A stretch of DNA of 64,000 nt from Laetmonice hystrix (lineage: Eukaryota), in assembly GCA_965235115.1 (NCBI GenBank), contig OZ249446.1, positions 17,236,001 to 17,300,000 of the forward strand, given 5' to 3'. The translations under genes and the position numbers were made by a program. How positions within the stretch are numbered: position 1 is the first letter of the stretch; each line of letters opens with the position of its first letter. The notes beneath the pieces are model-generated. The model saw only the letters and a list, made by a program, of their open reading frames with translations, was not told the DNA's origin and searched no databases. This document shows, one piece after another, positions 12,901 to 23,659 of this stretch.

Positions 12901-15900
12901 CGTTTCAATACATACCGTGAAAACGTAAGGGACAGTTTCAAAAACACTATTCAGTGTGGTACTCTCGAGTCAGAGGAATGACGTTCAACTCATTTTCTAC
13001 GTCACTTTGTCTTCTCTGGGTAGACCATATTAACTACAAATGTATGACGTAATAACTTTGTCTTCTCTGGGTAGACCACATTAACTACAAATGTATGACG
13101 TAATAACTTTGTCTTCTCTGGGTAGACCATATTAACTACAAATGTATGACGTAATAACTTTGTCTTCTCTGGGTAGACCACATTAACTACAAATGTATGA
13201 CGTAGTAACTGTATACACCTTCAGATATACATGTCTGCATGATATCCACGTAACGGTCAGGGTTTTTCTCGGGTGGAAGGCAATAAAATACCAAAGAGTG
13301 CAAAAGGCTGGTTGGAGGCCAATGGGGTAAGGTCTGGCTGGTATCCTAGCAACTAGGTATGTGAGCTGACCAAGGAGCCGTCAATCAAATCCAAATTCTA
13401 ACCGCAAAACTGGGATTGTTTGGACCCATAAATTCGACCAAAACTATTCTATTTAGTCTTAGGGTTCATTCAATACAGGGATGTGTTTCACATATACAAA
13501 AATTTCCCTGGCAATTTTTAGTGAATAAAACTTTCTCACAGGAGATATAATATGCGAAAATTCAAGCAATTCATACAACATGCGAGACAAAAGCACATAT
13601 ATCGGAGCTCCTCACTGGCCCCTTTCATAGTCTTTAACTGTTAGCTACACACACCGACACATTTCTCAACACATTTGATCCAGAATTTTTCCAAGAAAGC
13701 AAGGGATGCCATCTACAAATCTCCCACAACCACTGACATAAGACGTCTGGCCGCAGAGACTGGTATATTGGTTACCTTATTGTTTTCCTCGTAGGTTAGC
13801 GTTTCGTTAGATTGGTACACCTCGTCCAACAACACTGTGTACGTGGGGCAGACGGTGTCGGTGTAACTCAACAGCTACGGGTGACAGAACAGACTAAAGT
13901 CAACCCCGAGCATACTGCATCGGAAACACCTTTCTAGATACAAGTACAAATAGCTGGTCGCTGCAGCCGTCCGACCTGAAAATCATTCCGAACCTCGCCC
14001 GATTCATACAGTTGGCAGGAATCTGTGGTTTGGCCTTGGATTTTGGATTGGGGTTTTACGCAGAGAAAACAGGGTGCACGACTATGACGAATGGATCCAG
14101 AGAAAGGGGGTTGGGTGAGAGATATTTAACTTCTCACACAATGATTAATCGTACCGCAGTCAATGAGACTGTCTCCAAAAATAAAAATATATTTAACTAC
14201 CCCAACATCTTGAGCTTGCTTCAAAGTAATTTTGATAATTTCTTAGAATAGTTATCCTTCGACTCCCCGCCCGTCTCCCTCTCAAACTCTGGATCTGTCT
14301 CTTGACTAAAACCAGCTCTATCACGGCAAACAAACCAACATTTCACACATAAAGTCATCGGCCAGGCAAGGGGGCCTGGTAGTGCTGGCCATTGCCACCA
14401 GAGGGCAGCATCAAACGGTGTACCTTGTTGTCAGCTTCATATTCCTGGACCTCAGGGGAAGTAAAGGCTGCCTGCATCCAGGGAAAGTACTTCTGGCACG
14501 GGGTTCCTGCTCTCAACAACTTCAGGCAACAAATCCGGGTTAGACCCTCTTAATATGTCATCATATAAAATCATTCCATATATTTTTATTTCGTTCGAGC
14601 ATACATTCCCAAACATAACTTTCATAAAAAATACCGGTACAAATATCATGACAGACTCCACATGAACTCCTTATCAAACGGGGTTTCATGTACATACTTA
14701 AATAAACGCCCATATATCTAATTAACTGCGTTCGCTTTTTTTTAGCTCGGAGATCACCCAAAAATTTCTTCAATTTGAGAGATTTTGCACCTTTCCAGGT
14801 GTCATCCAACAGAACCCATCAATTCTAATAATGCTCACGCGTTTATTAAAGTAAATATGGTATTCATAAAAAGGTCTTCTGACAACTAGAAGAAAATTAA
14901 TCAAGACATCACAGTCCATCCCGACGACAGACATAACTAACACAGGAACGCCTTTTAGTTTTCTCTCATGAATGAATTATTAAAAGACGGTGACCACCAA
15001 ATCCAACTAATGCACAAAATCTTAGCAGTAACAATTACGTTACCTGAAGCTTTTTACCTCTTTACAATTACCTTTTTATGATCTAAACTATTCATCATCA
15101 CCAGTCACAGTCCGGACATAACCGGCGCCGCCTAGCGGTGAGATGTAGAACTTACGTTGTCAGTGGCATAAACCACGGTGTGTATAGGTATGGGCTGCCA
15201 CCTGACGGCAGGGTTCCACAACTGGTGACCTCGCGGGGGGTAGAGGCCAGCCAGGACGGAGGACGCGCTCATCAGCGTCCGGTCATTATCTGTGCTCCGG
15301 ACGTAGACCTAACAGGGTCAATATGGAGGTCACGTCAGGGGTCTACTACAGCCTACCAACCAAACTTTAACCAGAACCATATTAATACCGGGCCTTTGAC
15401 ATAATACTAAGGTTCTCTCCCTCTGAAAATAAAGGTTTCTAATACAGGTACAGGATAAATACTATGGGGATAATAAAAAAGAATTCTTCGATTTTTAAGA
15501 GAAGTTATTTTTTGCCATATTTCCCAAATTACATCCTGTGAAGCAGAAGGTTACCAAAACAACAAAAAGAAATTTGCTATCTTTCCATCTCTGAAACTTT
15601 CCACTCACCTCTTGTCTGATGTAGGTCTCATTGAGAAAACCATTATAATGTTTGCGCAGGTATTTCCCTAAGTCATACTCCTGCTGCATTCCAATCTGTA
15701 AGAAACGTGATCTATCAAATTCTGGCCACCATTTAGACGGATTATTACCTCAACAAAAACACACACAAATATATACCTGAGCAGGAACAGCACTCGTCCC
15801 GAGAAGGTGCTAGGGCATTTTTTTTTGGACTACAGATGAAATCCACTTATTTACTGACAGATTGTTAAATTTATTGTTCGACAAAAAAGATATTGGTATC

Positions 15901-18900
15901 CAAAGATAAGACTGACCTGTGTCAGCTGACCGAATCCTTGGGGCCAGGCACTCTCCTGGTGGGGATCTGTGGGAAATGTTTGCGTTGGACTTCGATCACC
16001 ATGGCGAAATACCTGAAACATAAGAAAATCATGCATTTAAGCAGGTATTCCAAATGACAAGGAGAAAATACTTTGATAGCTTGCCGTTTCTTATAATATC
16101 CAATCATAGTCAGAGGGAAAACAGCCTCAGAGATACAATTTTAGCTTTCATCCGATCCCTTAGGGCAAGACTCTGGTCAGTTACAATGAGTTACAATGAG
16201 TAAGGGTAACGATATTACATGAGAAGATGCCTATTTCGGCCCAACTCTTATCTCAAACCGAGGGTTGCCTGGGTCCCAACATCTTAATAAAGACCTTTCA
16301 ATAACTTCCGATCCTATTCCAACATAATATTTACATCCCAAAAGACAATGCCTAAAGCCTCCCTGATTACTCAGACGGGGAGAGCCCTGACTTGGTCCAC
16401 CCCTGACCCATAACTTCACATCGGCTGGCTAGTCCATGTGTCAGAGTTATACACTTGGCGACAGTAAGTGAGTAACCTCCCCTGCCATCCGGGATCTATC
16501 GAGTCGTGTGGTGGGGTGGGAGGTGGAGTCCTGAATATCTATATCTGGTGAACAGGTGTTCCCTACAAGTATCTGCACTCAGGATGAGTGGAGCTGACAA
16601 TGAACCCAGCAGATCTCACGTCTCTGGTATGGCTGGCGCTAGTAGCAGAATAAAGGAAGCTATGTACATTGAATACACATACTGTGGCCAGAGTGGGGCA
16701 CTGTATGACTCGAACTACCGCCGTACATATCTAACAATATAACAGCGGAGTCCTCCCTGATACCAGCATGTACATCACTGAAAGTTATTATTGTATTATA
16801 ATGTATAATACAATGAGTAACGTTAACAATACCCAGCAACCAATGATATGACCTCACAGAGGAACGGATGGGATAGGGGGTAGGATGGAGGTCTATAGAG
16901 AGGGTGGGGGAGTGAGGGATGGAGGTCTATAGAGAGGGTGGGGGAGTGAGGGATGGAGGTCTATAGAGAGGGTGGGGGAGTGAGGGATGGAGGTCTATAG
17001 AGAGGGTGGGGAGTGGGGGATGGAGGTTTATAGAGAGGGTGGGGGAGTGAGGGATGGAGGTCTATAGAGAGGGTGGGGGAGTGAGAGATGGAGGTCTAGA
17101 GAGAGGGTGGGGGAGTGAGGGATGGAGGTCTATAGAGAGGGTGGGGGAGTGAGGGATGGAGGTCTAGAGAGAGGGTGGGGGAGTGAGGGATGGAGGTCTA
17201 TAGAGAGGGCGGGGAGTGAGGGATGGAGGTCTATAGAGAGGGTGCCGGGGGAGTGAGGGATGGAGGTCTATAGAGGGTGGGGAGTGAGGGATGGAGGTCT
17301 ATAGAGAGGGTGGGGGAGTGAGGGATGGAGGTCTATAGAGGGTGGGGGAGTGAGGGATGGAGGTCTATAGAGAGGGTGGGGGAGTGAGGGATGGAGGTCT
17401 ATAGAGAGGGTGGGGGAGTGAGGGATGGAGGTCTATAGAGAGGGTGGGGGAGTGAGGGATGGAGGTCTATAGAGAGGGTGGGGGAGTGAGGGATGAAGGT
17501 CTATAGGGAGGGTGGGGGAGTGAGGGATGGAGGTCTATAGAGGGTGGGGAGTGAGGGATGGAGGTCTATAGAGAGGGTGGGGGAGTGAGGGATGGAGGTC
17601 TATAGAGAGGGTGGGGGAGTGAGGGATGGAGGTCTATAGAGAGGGTGGGGGAGTGAGGGATGGAGGTCTATAGAGAGGGTGGGGGAGTGAGGGATGGAGG
17701 TCTATAGAGAGGGTGGGGGAGTGAGGGATGGAGGTCTATAGAGAGGGTGGGGGAGTGAGGGATGGAGGAGGTCTATAGAGAGGGTGGGGGAGTGAGAGAT
17801 GGAGGTCTATAGAGAGGGTGGGGAGTGGGGGATGGAGGTCTATAGAGAGGGTGGGGGAGTGAGGCATGGAGGTCTATAGAGAGGGTGGGGGAGTGGGGGA
17901 TGGAGGTCTATAGAGAGGGTGGGGGAGTGAGGGATGAAGGTCTATAGGGAGGGTGGGGGAGTGAGGGATGGAGGTCTATAGAGGGTGGGGAGTGAGGGAT
18001 GGAGGTCTATAGAGAGGGTGGGGGAGTGAGGGATGGAGGTCTATAGAGAGGGTGGGGGAGTGGGGGATGGAGGTCTATAGAGAGGGTGGGGGAGTGAGGC
18101 ATGGAGGTCTATAGAGAGGGTGGGGTAGTGAGGGATGGAGGTCTATAGAGAGGGTGGGGGGGTGAGGGATGGAGGTCTATAGAGAGGGTGGGGGAGTTAG
18201 GGATGGAGGTCTATAGAGAGGGTGGGGGAGTGAGGGATGGAGGTCTATAGAGAGGGTGGGGGAGTGAGGGATGAAGGTCTATAGGGAGGGTGGGGGAGTG
18301 AGGGATGGAGGTCTATAGAGAGGGTGGGGGAGTGAGGGATGGAGGTCTATAGAGAGGGTGGGGGAGTGAGGGATGGAGGAGGTCTATAGAGAGGGTGGGG
18401 GAGTGAGAGATGGAGGTCTATAGAGAGGGTGGGGGAGTGAGAGATGGAGGAGGTCTATAGAGAGGGCTGGGGCTGAAAGATGGCAGAGCGCCGTAGCTCA
18501 AGGAAGGGGCGACCCCAGTTTGATTGACAAACCCAGTTTGACTGACAAATCCATAGGAAGTGATGATCCCGATGGTGTATGGTACTCGTTGGTAGGATGG
18601 ATGATTGGGATCCTTGGGGTGCCGGGGCAGTAGATGGGGTCGGGGTGGGGTGTCAGAGGCCCGTGTGACGGGGCCAGGAGCTGGGTTAGTAGGCGTCACC
18701 CCTGCCTGGTAGAGCAGTGAACCCCTGTGGGGTGGGGAGGCAGGGTTTCACTTCCTCCGGTACCCACTGCCACACCTGCCAAGAATCCCGACCGACTGCC
18801 GACCGCTATGACTCACCTCTCGCTACGACAGCCACACCCTCTACTACTGACAACTCCCGTTTTCAAACGACCTCAAATAAATTTACAAATTTAAAGTTGA

Positions 18901-21278
18901 TCTCGGTGTATCTCTTTGTCACATAATCAACAAATTACAAAAACTTGGATTCATGACTAGTTCTGCAAGTTCTTCCGACACAAATGATGGGCCGCACGTC
19001 CATGCTAGGTTTCCTTTCAAAATTTACATAAAGTTTGTTGAAATAATTCCTTCGGTATTGTCTGTATTTCAGAGCCCCGCCACGCTCTCTCCGACAACGT
19101 CAATCCTGTGGGAACTCTAGCTTCTGGTTGGCGGAGCGGTTCATTACACATTTACCCATCCTTGACACCCCCTAACATCTTCGATTGGGGCCCAGGGAAA
19201 ACGTACTTTACATCACATGATCTCATACTGGGCTTCTTTCTAAATTACTAAAAACATTAATCAAAAAAAAAATTATCTGCCAGTATTGTTGTCAAATTCT
19301 AGCATTTTAACCTTAACAGTTCTGATAACGACACAAAATTTATATCATCGGAAATACATTGTGCTTCTGGCAAGATCTGAGATTGCAGGTGGAATAATCA
19401 CCTTTATTAAAAGCCGGTTTATTATAGTCCCCCGACGTGAGGTCAAAGTTCACGTCGACATTGGATGACACCATCGTTGGATATATAGAGACTATGTGCC
19501 TTGCCGATAAGATATGTGTGCATCAGATTTGATAGATTCATGCCTGGTGCAGTAATCAATTAGTCGATAATTTGTGATGGTTTTAATTAAATCAAAGTAG
19601 ATATTCTGATAACCTTTCTATGTCATCTGCTGGTGAAAGCCAGATGGAACACTCCACTGACCGATTTCTCTGTGGGCGTATGAAGTCGGAAAGAAAACTG
19701 GTGACAAACAAACAGCGACAAACGACCACATTATTTATGGATCTCTCGTTAGGCTTCGGAACCTTTTCCCTGCTCTGCCTATTTAGATGAATGCTGGTTT
19801 AACCATGTCCTGGCCAAGCTTCTAACCTTTCTTTTTATATTGACTAACTTGAAATAACTGATAAATAGTTACGAATAAGATTTCCATCTGCCATAATTGG
19901 AAAAATTCACAGCAGAAATTGTATGTTTAGCTTTCTGTCAAAAATGTACGGTGAGTGACCAGTATTAGGTCACTGGCTGGCAAATATCGCCTGCTGAGAT
20001 CAACCTCCACCATGCCTGCGTCACATCAGAAAGGTCAGAGATATATTAAGAAATGTCAATCTCAGGAGGCAGTGACTCACTGTTTACAATCATTTAACAA
20101 GGAGTGGCCGTAATTTGACTGGCTCCACAAGATATCCATGGGAGTACTTGGCTAAGTTCTGCTCTTTCTGAAGGAACAACCCTAGACTTCCATAAACTTG
20201 GGGTGGGGGTGGGTGGGTATTTGGGGTTTTACGCCTTGCAACAGCCAGGGTCATATCACGGCGGTGAAGATGAGATGAAAGTCAGTTTTTTTCTTGGTGG
20301 AGGAAACCGGAGTACCCGGAGGAAACCACCGACCTTCGGGAAGGAACTGACTGACAAACCTTTCACACATGCAGCCCAGGCCGGGAATCGAACCCGGGTC
20401 GCAGCGGTGTGAGGCGATGGTCCTAGGTGTCATGATGGAGCCGACACCTTAGACCACTCGGCCACCCGAGGCCCCCAACTGGGTGGGGAGGAGTTAAACT
20501 GGGTGGGGAGGAGACTTCAAGTTAAAGGACAGTTTAAAACAGGGGACAGCAGAGATCTGTGGGAAGACAGTTTAACGGGGGATAGTTCTGTGGTCCCGAG
20601 TTAAACAGGGGACAGTAGGGATCTGTGGGTGGACAATGAGGGGTTGGTAGGGCTCTGATGGAGGGCAGTGAGGGGTTGGTAAGGCTCTGATGGAGGACAG
20701 TGAGGGGTTGTTAAGGCTCAAGCAGGTGTAAAAAATAAATGGGAAAAAATAGAAAGAAGCAACAAAACAGATATCACCCGGGGCTGGGCCCATCCCTTTC
20801 CAAAAATGCAAAATCCTGGATCCACGCCTGGGCTGGCCAGGCCGCCTTGCCTATTCTACTTCTATTCTAAGTTCTAGTCTACGGTACTCTAATACTATTA
20901 GTTATGGACTGACCAGCCCAAGACCAACGCCCAAGCACCAAGCCACAAACTCACAACTTAAACACAAGCCTACACTCTCACTATGTCTATAGTCTCAACT
21001 CTCAGTGACCACAGCCCACCCGACACCACAACATTGCCTGGGGACGAATGGGGCCCAGTGCAGTTTGCTGTGGTGAGGGGAGGGGGGGTGTCACTGTCAA
21101 CATCCCACACTTTTAAAATACTCAAATTTCACAAAGAAACACAATCAAAAAGTAAAGCAATGCAGACTATATATGTTCAACTTACCAGATGTACCAGTCT
21201 CAGGCTGCTCGGTGCCTGTGCTAATGAAAATCCAACAAATAATGCAACAACGACACTGAGAACACCAAGCGACCTCAT
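3927..21278 (-). CDS. ACP2: Lysosomal/prostatic-type histidine acid phosphatase (ACP2-like), 11 exons, 425 aa, signal peptide plus C-terminal TM helix
   Basis: Exons in transcript order: 21278-21186, 16012-15917, 15695-15609, 15308-15156, 13874-13776, 12118-12026, 11878-11755, 11295-11207, 4923-4737, 4510-4394, 4066-3927. All are GT-AG with matching phases and total 1278 nt. Signal peptide [20 protein letters not shown]. Catalytic motif VFRHGDRSP (RHGxRxP), then [29 protein letters not shown] and MYSA|HDTT (HD proton donor). TM helix [23 protein letters not shown] is followed by a short basic tail. The motifs and TM architecture match ACP2. Confidence 0.95.
5000..6070. repeat. 30-bp minisatellite in two arrays within a higher-order duplication (ACP intron 8)
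   Basis: Unit TCTCTGTGTCTGATCAGTCAGTGAAGGATA. Arrays at about 5311-5616 and 5722-6055 are each preceded by a similar ~100-bp spacer. Degenerate copies extend back to about 5000. Confidence 0.95.
7874..7932 (+). promoter_or_regulatory. Putative core promoter of the nested Gly/Tyr-rich gene (CTCF-like motif, TATA, Inr-like)
   Basis: CCGCCAGGTGGCGC at 7874-7887, TATAAG at 7896-7901, CAGT Inr-like at 7929-7932, and strong Kozak context ACCGCCATGG at the ATG at 8002. Confidence 0.55.
8002..10209 (+). CDS. Secreted intronless Gly/Tyr/Asp/Lys/His-rich repetitive protein, 735 aa (structural, adhesive or sclerotization-type matrix protein), nested antisense in ACP intron 8
   Basis: Uninterrupted 2.2-kb ORF with an optimal Kozak context. 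Signal peptide [18 protein letters not shown]. Repeats [12 protein letters not shown] x5 and GY(D/G)(D/E/N)S(K/R) x8. About 80 Tyr by hand count (about 11%) and one Cys. Synonymous variation between repeat units (GAC/GAT, AAA/AAG) is consistent with coding constraint. TATA upstream and AATAAA downstream. Confidence 0.9.
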   Translation: MVHVALTLATVAMVIGLAEPDGLGFDRFLTARDFDLDKGKDFKQLNAKPLIPAKRSGYTNRGYGERKSTGYHGSRGYDTRKSLGDKQGYDTRKSLGDKQGYDTRKSLGDKQGYDTRKSLGDKQGYDTRKSLGDKQGYDTRKTMEYDNKGYDTRKNLGYDKTRHDTRKTIRYDDNKGYDTRKSSVDKGYDTRKTMAYEDKRGYGIRKPLNYHGDRKYDTEKDIEYDSKAHGTNKGSRYVNSKEYDANRRPRKYRYEQSKRYNMRRALDDQKRYSSKASRSLKKLDGNFGYGKSEGLGYEGTKGYGHSHSSDPGYGYDYNKGYGSSKGPGFDDSKGYGFVDSHKYGDHKGHRYDNSKGYTAHGYDDCKGYVNGHRYEGSKEYDSKKRLGYGRSEGYVHSKELGYGDSKGYDSSKGPGYDGSKEYVSRKRPGYGDSKGYDESKGYDDSKGYDDSKGYDDSKGYDDSKGYDNSKGYDDSRDFQYDNKGYTGKGFEYRRSKGLGHVHSKGYSNGKGLHGYDDSKGYGRSKGPAYAKGDGPHYDHGPGFRHSDGPSHRVLGYGHGIAPRRRPGPNYNDNTHFSRNNAFGPRHSSGYAPIIPKVSIGPTSGYGDERAKDDSEYDHVNFPLPLPKLPSLKEFHDGSGYDHPPRYDEHKTDVQSPQTKDNVRYGDNVIHVRINPKGYSYTYGNAKDYGTYRPSTPTKDYTPRSRGYRAGYEGGRDRPEPQYGRQTYGRYNRHFS
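8227..8406 (+). repeat. Coding 36-bp tandem repeat x5 ([12 protein letters not shown])
   Basis: Read directly from the sequence; in frame with the 8002 ORF. Confidence 0.95.
9286..9429 (+). repeat. Coding 18-bp tandem repeat x8 (GYDDSK-type)
   Basis: GGATATGATGACAGCAAG-type units, in frame with the 8002 ORF. Confidence 0.95.
10213..10218 (+). terminator. Candidate polyadenylation signal of the nested gene
   Basis: AATAAA immediately after the TAA stop at 10207-10209. Confidence 0.5.
12352..12366 (-). promoter_or_regulatory. CTCF-like motif
   Basis: Minus strand reads GCCACTAGGTGTCTG, close to the CCAC(C/T)AG(G/A)(T/G)GGC(A/G) core with a mismatched 3' end. Confidence 0.35.
13004..13207. 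repeat. 51-bp tandem repeat x4 with alternating variants (ACP intron 5)
   Basis: Units start at 13004, 13055, 13106 and 13157. CCATAT and CCACAT alternate, giving a 102-bp higher order. Each unit has TGACGTA(A/G). Confidence 0.95.
14394..14410 (+). promoter_or_regulatory. Strong CTCF-like motif
   Basis: GCCACCAGAGGGCAGCA matches the CTCF core consensus. Confidence 0.55.
16883..18466. repeat. 34-bp G-rich minisatellite, about 46 copies (ACP intron 1)
   Basis: Unit GGAGGTCTATAGAGAGGGTGGGGGAGTGAGGGAT with small indel variants and extreme G/purine strand bias. Confidence 0.97.
20200..20476 (-). mobile_element. tRNA-derived SINE with V/Meta/MESC-type conserved core
   Basis: Minus strand: GGGGCCTCGGGTGGCCGAGTGGTCTAAG (A box), GGGTTCGATTCCCGG (B box), GGTGGTTTCCTCCGGGTACTCCGGTTTCCTCCACC (core), and an (ACCC)n-like tail. 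Confidence 0.85.
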
Positions 21279-21473
21279 CTTTGGTACCACACCACCGGCT
21301 ACAATAAACAATGCACCGTTCTCACAGAGAAACGCACTTATCCGCCACCAGGGAGAGCGGCGAACAGTCCGCCACCTGGCGAGAGCTTGGATAATCAACC
21401 GAGAAAGTCTGGCGGGAGACAACAGTCCGGCATCTCCGCAGTGGCTTCAGTTTGCAATGCAACCACAGAACAT

Positions 21474-21855
21474 CAGGGGCGTAGGAAAAGGGGGGGCCAG
21501 GGGGGCCATGGCCCCCCCACTTTGAAATGAGAGGGGCCAGAGTATCTTTTGGCCCCCCCACTTTTTCCCTCCCCTTGACTTTTGCCATTGGAAGTGTATG
21601 GAAGTCTATGGGGGGGAGGGTATTTTCTCATATTTCAGACCTTGTTTTGTGCTCTAAGATGCACCAAACGTCACCAAATTACACTATAAATTTCAAAATT
21701 TTTCGGGGGGGGGGGGGGCATGCCCCGGCCCCCCTAACATGGCTTCGCGCCTTCGGCGCTCGACCAGTCCCCCCGCCAAACTGTAATCCCCCTCGAAAAG
21801 TCCTGCGCATGGCCCTGTTGGCCCCCCCACTTTTAAAGTGCTTCCTACGCCCCTG
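21474..21855. mobile_element. hAT-like MITE with 5-bp TSD AACAT, about 200 bp upstream of the ACP start codon
   Basis: TIRs CAGGGGCGTAGGA and TCCTACGCCCCTG. AACAT at 21469-21473 and 21856-21860. Confidence 0.9.
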
Positions 21856-22326
21856 AACATAATAGCCTTTTTAGGTAGATACTCTGTGATGCAACTCCCG
21901 AGGAAATGTTAGGTTCAGTTAGCAGGAGTGTAGCCAGGGGGGAGGCCGAAGGGGGCCTCGCCCCCCTCCCAGCTAGGCTTAGAGTCTACACCAGTAAAAA
22001 TTGAATTTTCAATGATGGTGACGGGCACATAGCCATAGGCTAATTATGTGCGCGGTTTCAGCTCGTCGCGGATCTCAGCCCACCCCCCCCCCCCCCCAGT
22101 GAAACGGTCCCCTGGTGACAAGGTAGGCCTATCAATGAGGTGTGCCTTGTTGCAGTTGTCAAGGAATAGGCCTACAGCCTGAGTTGTGGTGGTAGGCAAG
22201 TTTGGTGCAATGTGCCAGGCCGCTTTGCTCTGCGGATTTGGTTGATGGAGGTGCGCGTCATATCCATCCAACACAACTGTGGCACCTTCGTGGTAGGCCT
22301 AATGTTTAATGATGTAGGCTTTGTAA

Positions 22327-23015
22327 GCTTGCTCACATTCCCGAATTGGATCCCGAACTGCTACGATCTCGAGATCGTAGGAAATCGTAGGGAGATCGTC
22401 AAAAAGTTCGTCAGAGTTCGGCACGGCTCGTAGCAGTTCTTGAGAAATCGTAGCCTTCAAAAAAAATTTCGAGCATGCTCGAAAATTTGAAATTTAGTCG
22501 TCGACAAAAAAAAGATCGTAGCAGTTCGTAAGTTATTCGTAGGTAGATCGTAGTGGTTCGTAGGACTTCGTAGGTGGTTTGTGCCTGTTCGTAATGAATC
22601 GTAGAGTTAAAAAATATGCCGAATTCATGCGATTCACCTACGAATTCCTTATACGATCTGCTAAGAATAGCTACGATCCTGCCTACGATTGTAGCAAGTC
22701 CTGACAGTCGTAGCAGTTCTTGACAAGTCTTCACAATTCGTAGCAAATCTTGAGGTGTCGTAGGTAGTTTGTGGGTAAATCGGGACAGTTCGTAGATACT
22801 TTAATTGTGATGGTTTGGCATGAGGCATGGTTCGTGGGGGAGACGTAGGTAATTCCTAAGTACATCGTAGCAGATCGTAGCTAATGCGCAGCCAATTCGT
22901 AGTGTGTGAGGTCACACACTACGAATTGGCCGAGCGACCAAGAACCGTCACGAATTTCAATTCGGGACAGTTCGGCACGCTCTCACGAAAGATTCGGGAA
23001 TGTGGGAAAGCCCCT
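22327..23015. mobile_element. PIF/Harbinger-like non-autonomous element with many internal TCGTAG/CTACGA repeats
   Basis: Imperfect TIRs GCTTGCTCACATTCCCGAAT and ATTCGGGAATGTGGGAAAGCCCCT. It interrupts the Academ-like frame. The TSD is not clean. Confidence 0.65.
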
Positions 23016-23471
23016 TTAGCCTCACACACAGCTTGGTATGTTGCTCGTTTCGGCCAAACGACAGCATGCAGTAGCCTAAGTAGCCTCCATCGATAACAAA
23101 GATGGCATTATCAGGAATTGTGTTCCGACAATCGATCAGGAACTTCATCATTTTCCCCAGAGCACTATAAGGCCTTTTCTGTTTTCCGTATTTGTCCATC
23201 TAGAAAGACAGATGCGGGCTTTAGAGCTAGTTCGTAGCCTAGTGTAGGAAGGTTTCCATTTCAGTAGGCTACTTGTGTTGAGGGTGCAAGTACCCTACAT
23301 GTAATTCTGTTGAACAGTAATGATGGATTGATCACTTTGTCCTCAATAATTTTGAATGTATTGTTCATAGCAGCAAGCGACTTGACTTTGTCTTTTCGGC
23401 GAAGAGTCAATTCAGAGTAGGTCTTGCCTATCATTTTCTTCATTGAACACTGGCCGATTTGAAGAGCATTG

Positions 23472-23659
23472 CAGGGGCGGATCTAGAGTCTATATTCAGG
23501 GGGGGGGGGTCCAGCATAAAAAGGGCAAATCGAGGTGGGGGGTCCGTTGTAAAAACAATAAGGCATTTTGGTTATAAAAAAATAATTTGGCAAATTTGAG
23601 GGGGGGGGGGGAGGGTCCGGACGTCGCCGACACCCCCCCCCCCCCCGGATCCGCTACTG
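23472..23659. mobile_element. hAT-like MITE with 5-bp TSD CATTG
   Basis: TIRs CAGGGGCGGATC and GATCCGCTACTG. Removing the element plus one CATTG restores the transposase frame MHCDNA|LQIGQCSMKK. Confidence 0.9.

Noticed and set aside
20330-20476. tRNA-like A and B boxes
   Set aside because: They form the head of a SINE, with an expanded anticodon region and attached core and tail, not a tRNA gene.
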